Positions 14,736 through 28,160 of a stretch of 64,000 nucleotides of DNA are shown here, piece after piece; the first letter of the stretch is position 1, and each line of letters opens with the position of its first letter. The notes below the pieces were generated by a model. It was not told the origin of the DNA and did no database searches. It saw nothing but the letters and a program-made list of their open reading frames with translations. Origin of the DNA: Octopus vulgaris (lineage: Eukaryota); assembly GCA_951406725.2 (NCBI GenBank), contig OX597814.1, positions 51,894,001-51,958,000 of the forward strand. Direction: 5' to 3'. The position numbers and the translations under genes are program-made.

Positions 14736-17700
14736 CAGCAAAGGTAGTAGAACCCTGAACTTTTTCTAACCCTTTCTTAACACACACATAAGTTGATATT
14801 TTAACTTCCCATTCATAATGTAAAACAATATAAATGAAAAGTATAAAGCAATGGCACTACACTTCTTTGAGATATTTCATTTTACACCTGATTGATTGAA
14901 ATTAAGTTTATGTATATAACTCTGGATTTAGGCTAACAATGGTAGAAGTAAACATCAGAGTAAACATTATAATTATTATCAATATCATGGATCGACAGAA
15001 ATGGTAAAACATCAGACACAAATCCCTGAGGAATTCAACAGCAATATTGATTTCAAATCCAACCAATGTCAACTTTGTCCATCTATTATTGGGATCAATC
15101 CAGTCAACTACTCTCCCAAAATTTGCAGTCTTGTAACAATGTTATGAAGTAATACTTCAATTGAAATACTTTATTAGAGTTTTTTTTTTTGTTTTTGGTT
15201 CTTTTGTTTTTTCAGCCATCTCAGCCTTATAAAAATGAGCTCCAAGAATCAACTGAAATTATTATGCCAACTATTTAAAACATTGATCTAGTGTCTACTT
15301 GAAAAACATCAGCACTAATTGTATCATTACACCAACAATGCAAAAGTTTTTGAGCATGTTCCAATGCCTATTTAATGATTTTTTCACTTATGTTGGTAAT
15401 GACCCTGGAAAACGGACTGAAGGCCACCACTTCTATTTATCTTACCCTTATTGTATTTATTAAAAAAAAAAAACCTGAAAATATTATCATAACATTTGTA
15501 GCATATTGAACAAAATTCTTTACAATGTTTAATTACACTCTATATTCTGAATCCAAATCTTTTGGAGGTTGACATTTCTTTTTGCTCTTTCAGGGGATAA
15601 TAAGATAAGTACCAGTCAAATATGAGGTTGAATATTTAACCACCTCCTGTTTCCATCTCCACAGTTTGTGACTGTGTTTACATCAGAAATCCCTAATATC
15701 CTTAATAAACCTTAGTTCCATTTTGATAATGTCAACAGACATATATTTAGAAATCTAGGTAAAACACAAGCAGTGATAAATTTTTGTGTTTTCTGTCTTA
15801 TTTATATCTAATCAGTGTTCAGGATAATGGTGTATAACAACAAGATCTTTTGAAAAATAAGTTGAGTTCTTTTCACAAACACATCTTTGAAACACACAGA
15901 TTATATTGGTTATATGCCATACTCAATGGACTATACTACACAAATATAATATTTTGAGACTTAGAGACAAATCTCTTCAACTCAAGAATTTGTGAAGGAC
16001 TTTGATGGCAACTTTCTGCATATCCATTGATTGGTTCTCAATCCAATGTCCTTCAATCTCTTGAACAGCTGTTGTAATGCTGTAGCAAGTATTTCAATAA
16101 CAGTCATACATTTGCCTTGCAGATCTCTGAATTTTTTCAGTTCTCTTGCCACATACAGTAGTTTTGCAGTACTTTTTAGATATTATCTCAATCACCACCA
16201 CCACCATCATCATCATAGATGTTGTTGATGTTTTACAGCAGTTTTTCCAAGCTGACATGTAGAATGAGTCAGGGTTTTGTCTTGTTGCCCTTCTTGTTGC
16301 CATCACTGTTAGTCACATCTCTCAACATACAGGAACATGGTGTATATATTCTAAAACCAAGATGTATATGATATCATTATTGCCATTATCACTGAAATAC
16401 CAGATTAAATAAGTCGTAGTATAGAATAGTATGCATTTAGGTTTTGAGTTGAATTCCACTTTGTCTATAAAGGTAACTCTAATCCATTCCTAAAGTAAAT
16501 ATATATCCCTTAGCTGCCTTTAGTGGAGCCCATTCTGTTGCAAACCTCTGACTTGGTTATTTAGTCTGAGAATAGTTCCTCACTTCCTACAATAGTAATA
16601 ACACTTCCTTCACTGACTAAACCATAAAAAAAATAAATAATCCAGTTATAAATAAAGTAGGCCCCTTAAGTATAATATAGTTAACTGAATCAACAATAAA
16701 CTTGTTAAATTTCTGGACCTGTTCGAAAATGAGAAATTATTATCATCATTATCATAACCATTGTTACCACCTCCACCACCATTACCATTGCCACCCTCAA
16801 TTTCACCACTATCATCATTGCCACTATTACCTTTGTTACTATTATTGATATAACAATTAACTCACCACCACCTTTATCATTATCTCAATTACCCTCAATA
16901 TAATCAAGGAGATGATCTAGTAGAAATGGTTGAGTTTTGAATGAAATATTTAATGCATTTATTACATCTTTTAACATCTTGAATACAAATCTTTTGGGAA
17001 ATGGCTGGCATTCAACTCTTCAGGGTTGATAAAATAAAAACCAATAATATACAAGGTTAATTCAATTTCCAACATCACTTTGAATAAATTTGTTAAAAAT
17101 CATTTTTACAATTCTTACTAAGTTTTGACTGCTTAATATCCCCTGGGAAAAATGAATATACCAGTCTAATACTGATATTGATCTCAGTAACTATACACAT
17201 ATTTTGTAAATTATGTCCTCATGCCATTTAAGACATTTTTTATTATTATGATAAACTGAATATGTAGGCCTCTACTAAGAATTTCTTTTCTGGACTCTCT
17301 AACAATCAATCTTATTACAGGAAATATTCTGATGAGAATTGCTGGGCATGTGTTTTCCTGAAAGTAGTCATTAATCTGGGTGCTTGGAACAGAGCAAACT
17401 CCACTATAAGTATCCAAAGGATGAGAGATAATATTAAACAGAGGTATGTGCTAGGCCAAACAAATCTACAATATAAATCTTTCTTTGTGTAAATCACTTC
17501 ATCAGAGAAATCTAACATTTTGAGGCCCATTTCTAACAAATTCTACCAAAGTTTTCTGCCATAAACATCTCCCACTACTACTACCATTTGATACCACTTT
17601 GTTACAGAAAAGGCATCACCCATCCAATTTATTGTAAATATCCAAATTTATAAAATAACTTACTTGTTATTTATCTTATAGTCAGGAGGGAAGGCAGTGT

Positions 17701-17759
17701 CCATGAGCCATTCATTACAGAGCCTCATATATTGGTGGGAGGTGGAGAAGAAGGTATCC

Positions 17760-17978
17760 TTAATCCTTCAAACTGGCCATATACAGCCTAACTATTCTCC
17801 CTATTTATATGATCAGGCCAGATATATCCAACCTCTCACACTTACCCTATGTTATCATTCTAAAAATATACAATCACATCAAAGTCTTATAGCCATGAGA
17901 TAGTGCATAATTAATTCAAAATATTGTGAATAAATAAGAATTACATTTGACAGAATAATCTGAATGCTAAAAGGTTAT
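17760..17978. mobile_element. Degenerate TTAA-type (piggyBac-like) MITE
   Basis: About 220 bp, begins ttaatcctt and ends tgctaaaaggttat, resembling the TTAACCCTTT...AAAGGGTTAA ends of other MITEs here. Confidence 0.5.
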
Positions 17979-18134
17979 AGTCTGTTTGAATCTCTTGCAA
18001 CAAAGTGGACTCAGCCAAAAGCACTGCACCCTGGGGATGATGTCAAATTGGGAAACAGATCAAGTTTATCACTCAAGTAGGCCATAGAATGATTTGAACT
18101 CAGAATGTGAAGAATTGCAATAAATCTCTCAAAT

Positions 18135-18275
18135 GGTCGGAGTTAAGAAAGGCATCCAGTTATAAAAACCATGCCAAAGCAGACACTGGAGCTTGATGTT
18201 GTCCTTGGACACATCAGATCCTGTTAAACTGTTCAACCTATGCCAGCAGAGAACATAGACATTAAATGATGATGA
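18135..18275 (+). mobile_element. RTE 3' end fragment
   Basis: aaggcatccag...aaaccatgccaaagcagacact...aacctatgccagca...(gat)n. Confidence 0.7.
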
Positions 18276-20499
18276 TCCAGCTCTACTTATCCACTACCAT
18301 GATTGATGCTGTTTTATCAACTCTAGAAAGATGAAAGCAAAGTTGACCTTGGTGAGATTTGAACTTAGAGTGCAGAAAACCATAACAAATACTATAAGGC
18401 TTTAAATCCAACACACTAACAACTCTCTCAATTTGTCACATATTTTTACACATGTAACTGGCATATTTCTAAGAGAAACCAATTAAAAGGGTAATATTGG
18501 GGAAAATTTTTTTTGCTTTTCATAAAATTATTCCATTGTATTATCAACAGCTTGTGTTTCTATACCAGATGATGACAAAAATATAAAACATATTTAATTC
18601 AACATCAATGTTTAATACCTCTTAATCTTTAATATATTGATTTTAAAGATTTATTTTAAAATAGGTTTCTAAATAATAAATATCTTCTACGTCAGTTTGA
18701 AAGAAGGCAGAGACAAATGGAGAGGGGGAAAGAAAAGTAGTGGATGAAGCACATGAAGTGAAACAGGAAGGAAAAGGAAGAAGAAATGGAGGGGGTGGAA
18801 TCAGAAGGAAACAGAAGATGGTGGGGGAGACAGGGAGAGAAAGAAAGAGAAACAAGGAGGAATAAATAGGTGACAATAATTAGGGGAGTGATGGTAGATA
18901 GTTAGAATCTTTAGCATGTCTGATAAAATACTTTGTGTTCAAATCTAGCCAAGATTTATTTTACCTTTCATTCTTTTGAGGGTAGGTAATAGGTGCCAGT
19001 CAAGTACTGGAGTCAATTTAATTGACTATAACTCATCCTCCAAAATTGAGGCCTTGTGTTTATGCTTGAAATCAATAATTGGAAGTGAATAATAATTGTT
19101 ATATAACAAACTAAATTATAATTTAATTCAAGAAGAAAAAAAATTATTTAAAAAAATACTGGGATTAAAAGGAATTCCTCAGAGTATAGTCATCTAGAAG
19201 TTGGTTCTATAATATCAATTTCTTACATGGCACAAAGTTATAGTAAATGGTGTGAGCAGTTCACCTATCTTTGCAATTATTGCTCAACACAGGTTAGGCT
19301 TTGCTAGCCATTGCTGTTGTGTTGAAGAGGAGGCCACATCAGTTGCTATATTTTGGAGACTTCCACACTGTAATAAAGGATGATGACTATACAAATTTAC
19401 ATTATGAAATCGAAGATCCACCAAACCTAAAGGGGGCAGAGATTCCTAAAACAATATTGTATGATGTATCTCAGTTGCAATTGCTTGATAGAATATTAGC
19501 CTCGATATATAACTGATATTTATTTATCAATCTAAAAGCAATGAAACTTGACCCTATCAGGATTTGAACATGGAACAAAGATATAAAGCAAAAAACTATT
19601 CCTGTCTGACACTACTGTTTCTTCCCATTTGTCTTTTAATTAGTTTTAAAACATTAAGCATTTGTTAACAACTATACAAATAGAACACATCTAAAGTTGT
19701 ATTTCCATCTGCGGAACCTGCTCAAGAAAATTCTCTTTAAACAAAATCTAATTTAAATTTATTGGCTCATTTCATCAAGTGTATTAACACCCACTTAACT
19801 ATGTTTTTCATGCAACAGGCATCCCTGGGTATTTTCACCTGAAAATTCATTCAAGTCATTATGCCGCTCCATGTTCATTCATAGTAAACTTATATCATTC
19901 CTGTCATTCTAAGATTGGCAGCAAGGATTAGACTATGTTCTGCAGTTGAGGCCTAATAAGACCAAAAACATGTCATCTCACTGCAAAAGATCAGACTCAC
20001 TCTCTGCTGGTTTCTATATCTAACTTATTTCAATTAATTCCAAAGTTATTTCTTTAACCTTTTTTAAAACTTGTATTAGTAATTTAGATAATAGCTTAGC
20101 TCTTTGTTGAAAGTAGAGTTCTAATTGAAATTTCTTGGCTTACTTGCATGAACTACGTCAACACCTACTTTACATGTTATTCTCATGTGACAAAATATAA
20201 TACTTGATGAGAAAAGGCCTGTTAGTTTTCTTTTTAATGGGAGATGTAAGGCTATTCCTAGAATCTAAAATTCTACTGCTTAACTTGGTGAGCACAAAAA
20301 AGGGTTCATGTAGGAAAATCATCATCATTATATGTCCATTTTCCATGGTTTGAATGGGTTGTCACAATTCAAGTTGTTCATATTATGAGCCATTGCTCTC
20401 AGTCACTTGCTCATGAGTCATTCTGGCTTGGCCATAATGACTAGATGCCTTTCTTATTGCAACCATTATACAGACTAATATTTTTCTGGTGGCACCAGT

Positions 20500-20975
20500 A
20501 CTTGAGAAGTTAAGTCTTTGCAAACCTAGAAGAAATTCCCAACCTTACACGTTCTCCACTTGTTTGCTACCCACCAGACACATTTTTCATAATTTACAAA
20601 ATCTACTTTCTCTGTTAATCTACCCAAAGTATGTTCATAGCTTGCATTGGTACTCTGTGTAAAATATCTATTACCTCTTTTTCCACACATCAAGTAAGGT
20701 AATTTCTCTGATGGGAGCAGAGTCCTATCTGTTTTGCTGTTTACTAACACTTTAGTCTCTGCTAAGTTAACTTCGAAGCCCTTTAATTACTGGCTTTCCT
20801 TCTATCCCTGAAATTTCTTCTCTTATCCTGCTATAGATATAACTATAAGAACAAGATCATCAGCATATTGAAGTTCCCATGGTCACCCAATTTTAAACTC
20901 CTCTGTCATGGCTTGGCAGCTTTGATAAATAGAAGGGAACTGAACACTGAATAAGAGTGGATCCGTGTACATACA
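20500..20975 (-). mobile_element. Decayed RTE reverse transcriptase fragment
   Basis: Minus strand reads WELQYADDL at about 20855-20880, followed by VNLAETKV-like and Cys-motif remnants. Confidence 0.75.
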
Positions 20976-21476
20976 TGCATATTTTCACAAAGATAATATC
21001 TTCAGAAATCACAAGTAATTGTATGGTGCCAGTGTTTAACTTCAGTTTTCAATCCTAATAAACAAACAAAAAATAAATCTCATCCAAGATAGGATGTCTA
21101 TTTACAGCAGGATTAACTTCCTCGTGATACAAAGAAACATGTAAAATTGGTTTGAATTTACTAACAAAAATTTATCACTTAGCTGACTTTGTATAAAAAA
21201 AATTGATCATAAAACGATATGAATATTATTTTTTACAGATATAATGGTTTTATTTCATGTTGGAGAAAAATGCATTCTCAATCTTTGATTTGAAAAATCA
21301 GAGAACACCCTGTAAATAGCTTGTTTGAATAACATGTAAATATAGTAGATATTTTCCATCAGTATACAATTTTTAACTGCTATATTTGTGGAAGGACATT
21401 AATATATATATATGATAGTAGGAATGAAGATAAAGACTCTCTAAGCACTCATATTCCAAAATGTAAGTTAACTCAC

Positions 21477-21566
21477 CTTGTTATCATCAAAGACATTAAA
21501 AACAAAACTAGCAAATCTGCTGGGGTCTCCATGAGGGAAAAACTGTTGGTAGATTGCCTGGAATTC
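21477..21566 (-). CDS. NCS1: NCS-1-like coding exon (EF-1 exiting helix to EF-2 loop)
   Basis: Reads [30 protein letters not shown]. Long polypyrimidine tract with tttag acceptor, gtgagt donor, 90 nt, phase 0/0. Confidence 0.96.
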
Positions 21567-21996
21567 CTAAAAGAAAAAGAAGAAAAAATACATTAAAGAA
21601 ATTTTAGATAAAATATCTTGCAATAAAATAAACATTAGAGTTGGACAGCCATAAATTTAAGAGGTTGACTTATATGATAACATAGTAATAACTGCACATT
21701 ATTATATCCTGTCATAACAGAAAACCTGTAACAGCTCACTTCACTCAGATTACAAATTGGAGTAACTCCTATTTTATGAATGAAGTGGTTAGCAGTAGAA
21801 AAGGTATCCAGCAATCATATTGGCAACTGCATATTCATTGAATATGGCGTCCCAAAGATATAAAAATCAATGTAAAAATCATCAGCAGCAGCAGTAGCAT
21901 CAACCTAATTTCTATTAGTTCTTCCCAGTAAAAGTCAAACAAGCTTGCTCAAAAGTATTATTTTTCTGTTTCACTCTTTTGCATCATCCTACTTAA

Positions 21997-22388
21997 TCTC
22001 TCTCTATATAAAGCTGAAGTTGTCTGTGTATGGCAGGTTTGGTAGCCCTCAACTAACACTATCTCCTCCGAGATCCTGTGGCGCAAGTTGACCAAAATTG
22101 AGAGTCTGATAGAAGAAAGCTTGCTCTTCCTTCTGTAGAAGAAAAAATTCAAATCGGACCATGTTAACACCAAAAATTATTTACATCAAAAAGGTGCTTT
22201 TTTTCTATTAAAATCTCTATATTTTACGATTTTTTGACTGCTGTGTCGCCATTTTACGATGTATTTCAACCAGAAAAATGTTCACTTAAAGAGAATAACA
22301 AGCTACATAATGCAAAATTTTTACTTTTCAAAAATTCCAATTCTAAAGGGTTGAAAGAAACCCGAGCAATGCGGGGCGATACTGCTAG
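21997..22388 (+). mobile_element. Non-autonomous Helitron
   Basis: Starts TC after A (a|tctctctctatataaagc) and ends with hairpin cccgagcaatgcggg followed by CTAG|t. No TSD, A/T insertion site. Confidence 0.8.
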
Positions 22389-22886
22389 TATTTTTTAACA
22401 TTAAATTTTCCTCAAACTATCTTTTAGTTGTGTGTGTGTGTGTGTGTGTGTGAGTGCACGCATACACACACACATTGCCTCAGATTCTCAATTCCTGTTG
22501 GAGCTATAGGGGCATATTGCTAGTTTAAATAATGACCTAGTTGGTCATTATTTGAACTAGGTGGAGCTCATGTCTCTTGGGCTGATCATAGCCAATTTCT
22601 TCCAGAAAGGGAAAGAGAGCTAAGCAAAATGTTGGGGAGAGGAAAAGAAAGTGAATCACAACCCACTCCCATCCAGTACAAGATTAGTACTTTACCAATC
22701 CCAAAAAGATGAAAGGCTAAGTTAACCTTGGCAGTATTTGAACTCAAAGCATAGAGAACAGGAATGAAAAACAGCAAGATACTGACAAAGTAGCAACCAA
22801 GCCAATTCACCTTATATATATGTGTGTATGTGTAACGGATATAGAACATGTAGAATCAAATCAGTATGATGTAGCTCACGACCAAA

Positions 22887-24150
22887 TGTAGTGTGTAGAT
22901 GTAACGCTTGAAGGTTCTTATACTGGAGTAACCAGTGAACATCGAAGAATCAATACCAAGAAGGAAGAAATATGAATTTACATATATTTGTTCATTTGCC
23001 TGACAAGTAGTTAGAGTGACAGTAGTAATTGTAAAGATAGTGACAAAAAGGTTAGCTCGCTAGTTAGTAGTTGATAGTATAGAAGTTGCTGTCTACCATT
23101 TGAGAGGGAAAGAGTAAGGAATGCACAGTGCTGATGAGAAAGGAAGAAAGGAGAAAGGTGGTATTGTCTTTCTTGCAGGCAAAAACTTCTCTTCATATGT
23201 CGAGCAAAGGGTGAAGGGAAGTGCTGCTCTTGGTCATGGTTGATGCAAAAGTAATGTAGGTCAGTAATGTAGGTTAAACCCTTAACAAAGGCCTGACCTT
23301 TCCTTGACCAGCACAGATCCTTGGGATCAAGGGTTTCCCCATCAATCTGAAAAAGCTGAAAAAGTAGTGTTAGATGCTGGACATGCTCTTCTTTCATAGT
23401 ACTTGTGATGTGTAAGTCATCAATATAGGCATAGACGAAGTTGAGACCATGAATGACTTCATCTATAAACCTTTGAAAGGTGCTAGTTATGTTCTGCAAC
23501 CCAAAAGGCATGGAAAAAAACTCAAGGGAACTAAAAGGTGTAGTGACAGCAGTTTTTGGAATATCGTCCATGTTGAGAGGAATTTGGTGATATACCCAGA
23601 TGAGGTCAACCTTGGAGAAAATGGTGCATCCATGCAAGGTGGAAGAAAAATCCTGCAGGTGTGTGATAAAGCATCCATCCAGAATTGTGATAGCATTTAA
23701 CTGCCTGTAGTCCCCACCTGGATGAAAATCAGTAGATATTTTTTGAACTAAATGAAGGAGTGAAGACCAGGGGCTAGTTGAAGAACAAATAAGCCCCAGT
23801 TGCAGCATGTGGTTGAATTCAGCTTTCGCAACCTTGAGTTTATCTGGAGGTAAATATCAAGAACAAGCAGTAGTATTGTGGCAAGAGCCATAAAGGCTAA
23901 AGGGAACAGGGCAGAGTTATGCTCCCTCATTCTATCGTCAGTAGGTTGTGCTTCAATGGCACTTCCATTAGGGATGTATAAAAACCCTAGTCAGACATCC
24001 ATTCTCTTTTTCTGTTTCCTTTTCTGGGCAGGCAGTTTGTCAACTGCCAACACAGCTAGGACTGTTAGCTCTCTTTTACTCCAGGCCATGACAACTACCA
24101 TGCTATGTAGCTAGAGCAATGCTCACTCTATTCTTTGAGCATGAACCTTT
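22887..24150 (-). mobile_element. Gypsy (Ty3) LTR retrotransposon relic, RT fragment
   Basis: ORF 23011-23808 contains SPWSSLLHLVQK, DYRQLN, FSKVDL, DIPKTAVTTPF, MPFGL, FQRFID and YAYIDDL, the Gypsy RT motifs. RT similarity ends near 23345. Outer boundaries approximate. Confidence 0.85.
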
Positions 24151-25494
24151 GACCTTCAATGACTACTGGCTTAATTACTAGCCACACTGACTGTCTAAAT
24201 TCCCTAATGAGGGAACAAACAGTTTGTACACCTTTTATATTATTTTGCATGCACCTTTGTAAAACATGATGATATAAAATTTGTTACACATAACCTTGTC
24301 TGAACATTGTTTGTTGCATACACATAAACACAGCACAGCATTAAACAAATGAACCAGACTAATGCTTGACTCTATCCTAAAGTTGAACTATGATGACAGT
24401 GGGATCAGCTGTGGCCATCCTTTTTTTATTTTTTAGGTATAATGTAACTAAGACTATGTTATTCAATGTGTTCTTATTTCCATTTTTTTTTTAAACTGTA
24501 GAGTCTGATATGGCTTCTATTTCTAGCAAGATGAGCAACTGTATAGTGGGCTCCTTTGTAACTTTACCAGTTGGATTGTTTTACGTACAGTCAATGTTCT
24601 GTTAACAGGAATATCTTCAACGTGTCCTCATAAACAAAATTTTAGACAACAGTAAACTTGTGATGCTTCATAAAATAATCTGTTCTGTGTGATTTGGATA
24701 CACTACACACGCTACATAATTCCATAACATTTGCCTTTTTATTTCAGCTTTAACATTGATTAGTAGTAATTGTAGTATTAAATTCGGCTTCAAATGGATA
24801 ATTTAAGAATCTAGAAATAGTTATTTCAAATACTGTTCTTATCTACAAATATAAAATCCTTTCATACAATGGCTTTACAACCTTTGTGTTATTTGTAAAA
24901 AAATTTGTAGTGATTTTATTCAGAGTTTTTATGGAAATAAGTATTGCTTGCCCAGCCAAGTTATTCAAGGGAGTAATTACAATGATTGGCAAGCTTCCTT
25001 TCGAAGCTAATCCCGTAAAACCTTCAATATACATTGGTGATCCCTTAAACTTTTGTTAAAAGTTTAATAGGAAAAAATCTCATGACTAACTCAACAGACG
25101 AAATTGTTAGAGAAAGCATCATTGGCAGCTAAGAAAGCTGGTAATTCCCAACTATTTCAGGGAAACAATGTCACAAACTATGATGTGTTTGTTAGTTTTG
25201 ACTTGAGTTAGCTTTTAATAGTACATAGACTGCCTTTTCTTGGGACAATTCCAGACAACTAGAGAAGTGTGCTTACAAGAATTAAGTAATTTCCTGGCTT
25301 GGTGAAAAGCCATTAAGAAAGTGAGAGTTGACAAATCTAATGTGAACTCTATATTCTACAGCAAGTAACAAACAGATCAAACAATTTGGATACTTCTTCA
25401 AGCTATAATGCTTATTATCCTAGCTAAGTTAGAATAATAGTTTTAAATATTCATCTTTTTGTCTATTGTAGATAGGCAAACATATAGTTAAATA

Positions 25495-25660
25495 AAGAGA
25501 AGGAAAGTAAAAAGGTGAAGAAATGAAGGGAGGAAGAGATAAAGAGGTGAACAAATAAAGAGAGAAAGATAAAGAGGTAAAGGAATAAAGAGATAAACTG
25601 GTGAACAAATAAAGAGAAGAAGTGGTAAAGAAATAAAGAAAGGAAGAGATAAATAATAAA
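25495..25660. repeat. Purine-rich minisatellite-like tract
   Basis: Repeated gagataaagaggtgaacaaataaaga-like units. Confidence 0.7.
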
Positions 25661-25679
25661 GATAATAGTAATATTGAAC

Positions 25680-27125
25680 TTATTGTATACAGTGCTCAGG
25701 TGCACTACAACTCATCAGAAAAAGTAGCCAAAAGTGCATGAACAGTACATAGAATGATGCACAGGAAGCAAGTTAACCCTTTCATTACCGTATTTATTTT
25801 GAGATGCTCTGTCTTTCTTTCGATTAATTTTAAATATAACAAAGAATTTAGTAAAATAACTTGGCTATCATCCAGCTAGTGTTAGGAACACAAATTGTGA
25901 CTAATGATTAGTGGAAGATTTTAATTCAAAATTCAGGAAAACAAGACATTTGTACTACAGAGCCAGAGGCAGTTTCAGCCAGGTTGGTATCAAAAGGGTT
26001 AAGGGCTTCAGATGTACTGTTAGTGAATTTCAGGAAATAGGGAAGTTTTGAAGGATCTAGTGTCCAGACAGCTAACAACTGATGTGGGTAGTTTATTCCA
26101 TGCTTCAGCAATCCTGAATGTGGAAAAATGTTTCTGAAAGTCATGGGAGCTGTGTTGTTTATTGATTTTGTAAGCAATTCCATGAGTGTTAGACATATGG
26201 AATTCAAAAACGTGCTCAAGGTTGTTGTTGGAAAGATGGTGGATAATCTTGTGGGTATCTACCAAGTCAGTTGTCAGACATCAGAGTTTTAATGCCTCTT
26301 CCCAAGGAAGTCAGATGTTTAGAGTATGGTAGATGGAGCATGACAGCAGGTTTCTGAACAGTTTCCATGAAATGATAATCTGAGCAAGACAGGGATTCCA
26401 GACTGGTGTTGCAAAGTCTAAGCATGGACATACCATAGCCATATACAGTTTAAATAGATAGCTGGAGAGTAGCTGACAAAGGTCTTACTGGATGATGCTA
26501 AGACACCCTCAGCCTTTTTGGCAGTTTTAGAGATATGGTATGTCCAATGCAAATTACTGTTGACAATAATACCCAGGTCATGTTCACTAGTGGACCTTTT
26601 AGGACTGATGTTGTTGAGGGAGTATGTAAAAGCTGGGTTTTCCCTTTCAAAATTCATGGTGGTGCATTTGTCCACAGCCAGCTTGAGTTTCCTGTCAGTA
26701 ATCCTTTGCATGAAAAATGTATAGCATATAGGATCTGTTCTTTTGATCTCAAGGTACAGATTAATGTCATCTGAATATTTAAATACTGTAACATTCTTGG
26801 CATCTATGTTATTAATGTATGCAATAAACAACAAAGATCCAAGAACAGGTCATTGTGGTACACCAGATGTCATCTCATAGGGTGAAGAACATTAGAACTG
26901 TGACTACTTTTTGACAGAGAATGAAGGGCTTCAACCAGTTATAAAGGTCATCTTTCATACACATTGCAGAGAGCTTTGCCATAAGTCATTTGTGTGGCAC
27001 AGAACTGAAGGCTGTAGCAAAGTCAAGATAGATCACATCCGTCACATGAGCTGTCATCAGTGATTTGGGTGATGTTTTCAAGAAACTTGATGAGTTGACC
27101 TCTAGAGTTAGGGATAAATCTAAAT
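25680..27125 (-). mobile_element. CR1-group LINE, 5'-truncated RT and 3' end, interrupted by a MITE
   Basis: LFIAYINNI...KYSDD (RT), DLGIIV, and HFSTFRIAEAWNKLP C-terminal motif. 3' end gtgcacctgagcactgtatacaataa. Confidence 0.85.
25777..25998. mobile_element. piggyBac-type MITE with TTAA target duplication
   Basis: TTAA (25773-25776) + CCCTTT...AAAGGG + TTAA (25999-26002), inserted in the CR1 3' UTR. Confidence 0.9.
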
Positions 27126-27248
27126 TTACAGGTAAAGAGATAAAGAATTAAAGACAGAAAGAGATAAAGAGGTGAAGAAATAATGTCAGGTTGGCAGGGA
27201 GAGAAACAAGACATGAAATATATAGTTTTATGTAAGAAGAAAACTTAC

Positions 27249-27297
27249 CTCTTTCTTCAAAACTCCACTTGGGCAATCTTTCATGAAATCCCTATAC
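27249..27297 (-). CDS. NCS1: NCS-1-like coding exon (non-functional EF-1 loop, CPSG motif)
   Basis: Reads G + YRDFMKDCPSGVLKKE, with the NCS-family KDCPSG signature. Acceptor ttttacag, donor gtaagt, 49 nt, in frame with the next exon. Confidence 0.93.
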
Positions 27298-27704
27298 CTG
27301 TAAAAGAAGTAAATTATTGAACAGAGAATCACTATCAATAAAATAACTTTCAAAGATTAAAATAAAATTTAAAACATGACAGCAGAATTATTACTAATCT
27401 TATTTACTGACTAATAATTTGCTGAAACCATAACAATTTGATATCACAATATTTGACTATTTTTATCTTTCTTTTCATTTTTTTTATCTAATTATTTACC
27501 TTTCTTATAATCAAAGATACATTTTCATTATGAACAGTATAAACTGTTGGAAAAAGTTTTCTGCCAAATATTGATTAACTTTTTAATATATTTATAGCAA
27601 GCTAATCATGTTCACTGTCAACTTTTCTACTCAGTAATCAGTCTGCACGTATGAATTGTACATTGGTTAACAAAGTTGATTTGCCAGATTTATTTAAAAT
27701 AGGA

Positions 27705-28160
27705 ATTGGCATAGGCATTCATTCCACAACCATGTGACTTCAGGTTCAGTCCCACTGTGTCAAACCTTGGGCAAGTGTCTTCTATTATAGCCCAGATCAG
27801 AATAAAGCATTGTGAATGGATTTGGTATAAAATCCCAAAAGAAGCCTCTGTGTGCGTGTGCATGTGTGTAAGCATCTGTTGTGTCTGTATGTGTGTGAGT
27901 GTGAACATGTGGTGTGTGTGTGAGATTTTGTGACATTGTCTTTACATTGCGTGCTAAGTTACCATCAAACAAGCAATTTGTTCCTCTGCAATCTCTCACA
28001 AAAAATTATCTGTTCATATTTAAAGGACTGTGGGAAATATTACTTTGCTTGGAAACAGGTGAAGTTTGCTAACAAGAAGAGCATTTGGCCATAAAAATCT
28101 GCTTCCATGAATTCTATCTGACCCACATAAGCATGGTAAAATGGGCATTAAAATGATGAT
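27705..28160 (+). mobile_element. tRNA-derived CORE-type SINE with RTE-like tail
   Basis: ggttcagtcccactgtg...accttgggcaagtgtcttctattatagccc, (TG)n, tail gacccacataagcatgg...ttaaaatgatgat. Confidence 0.75.
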
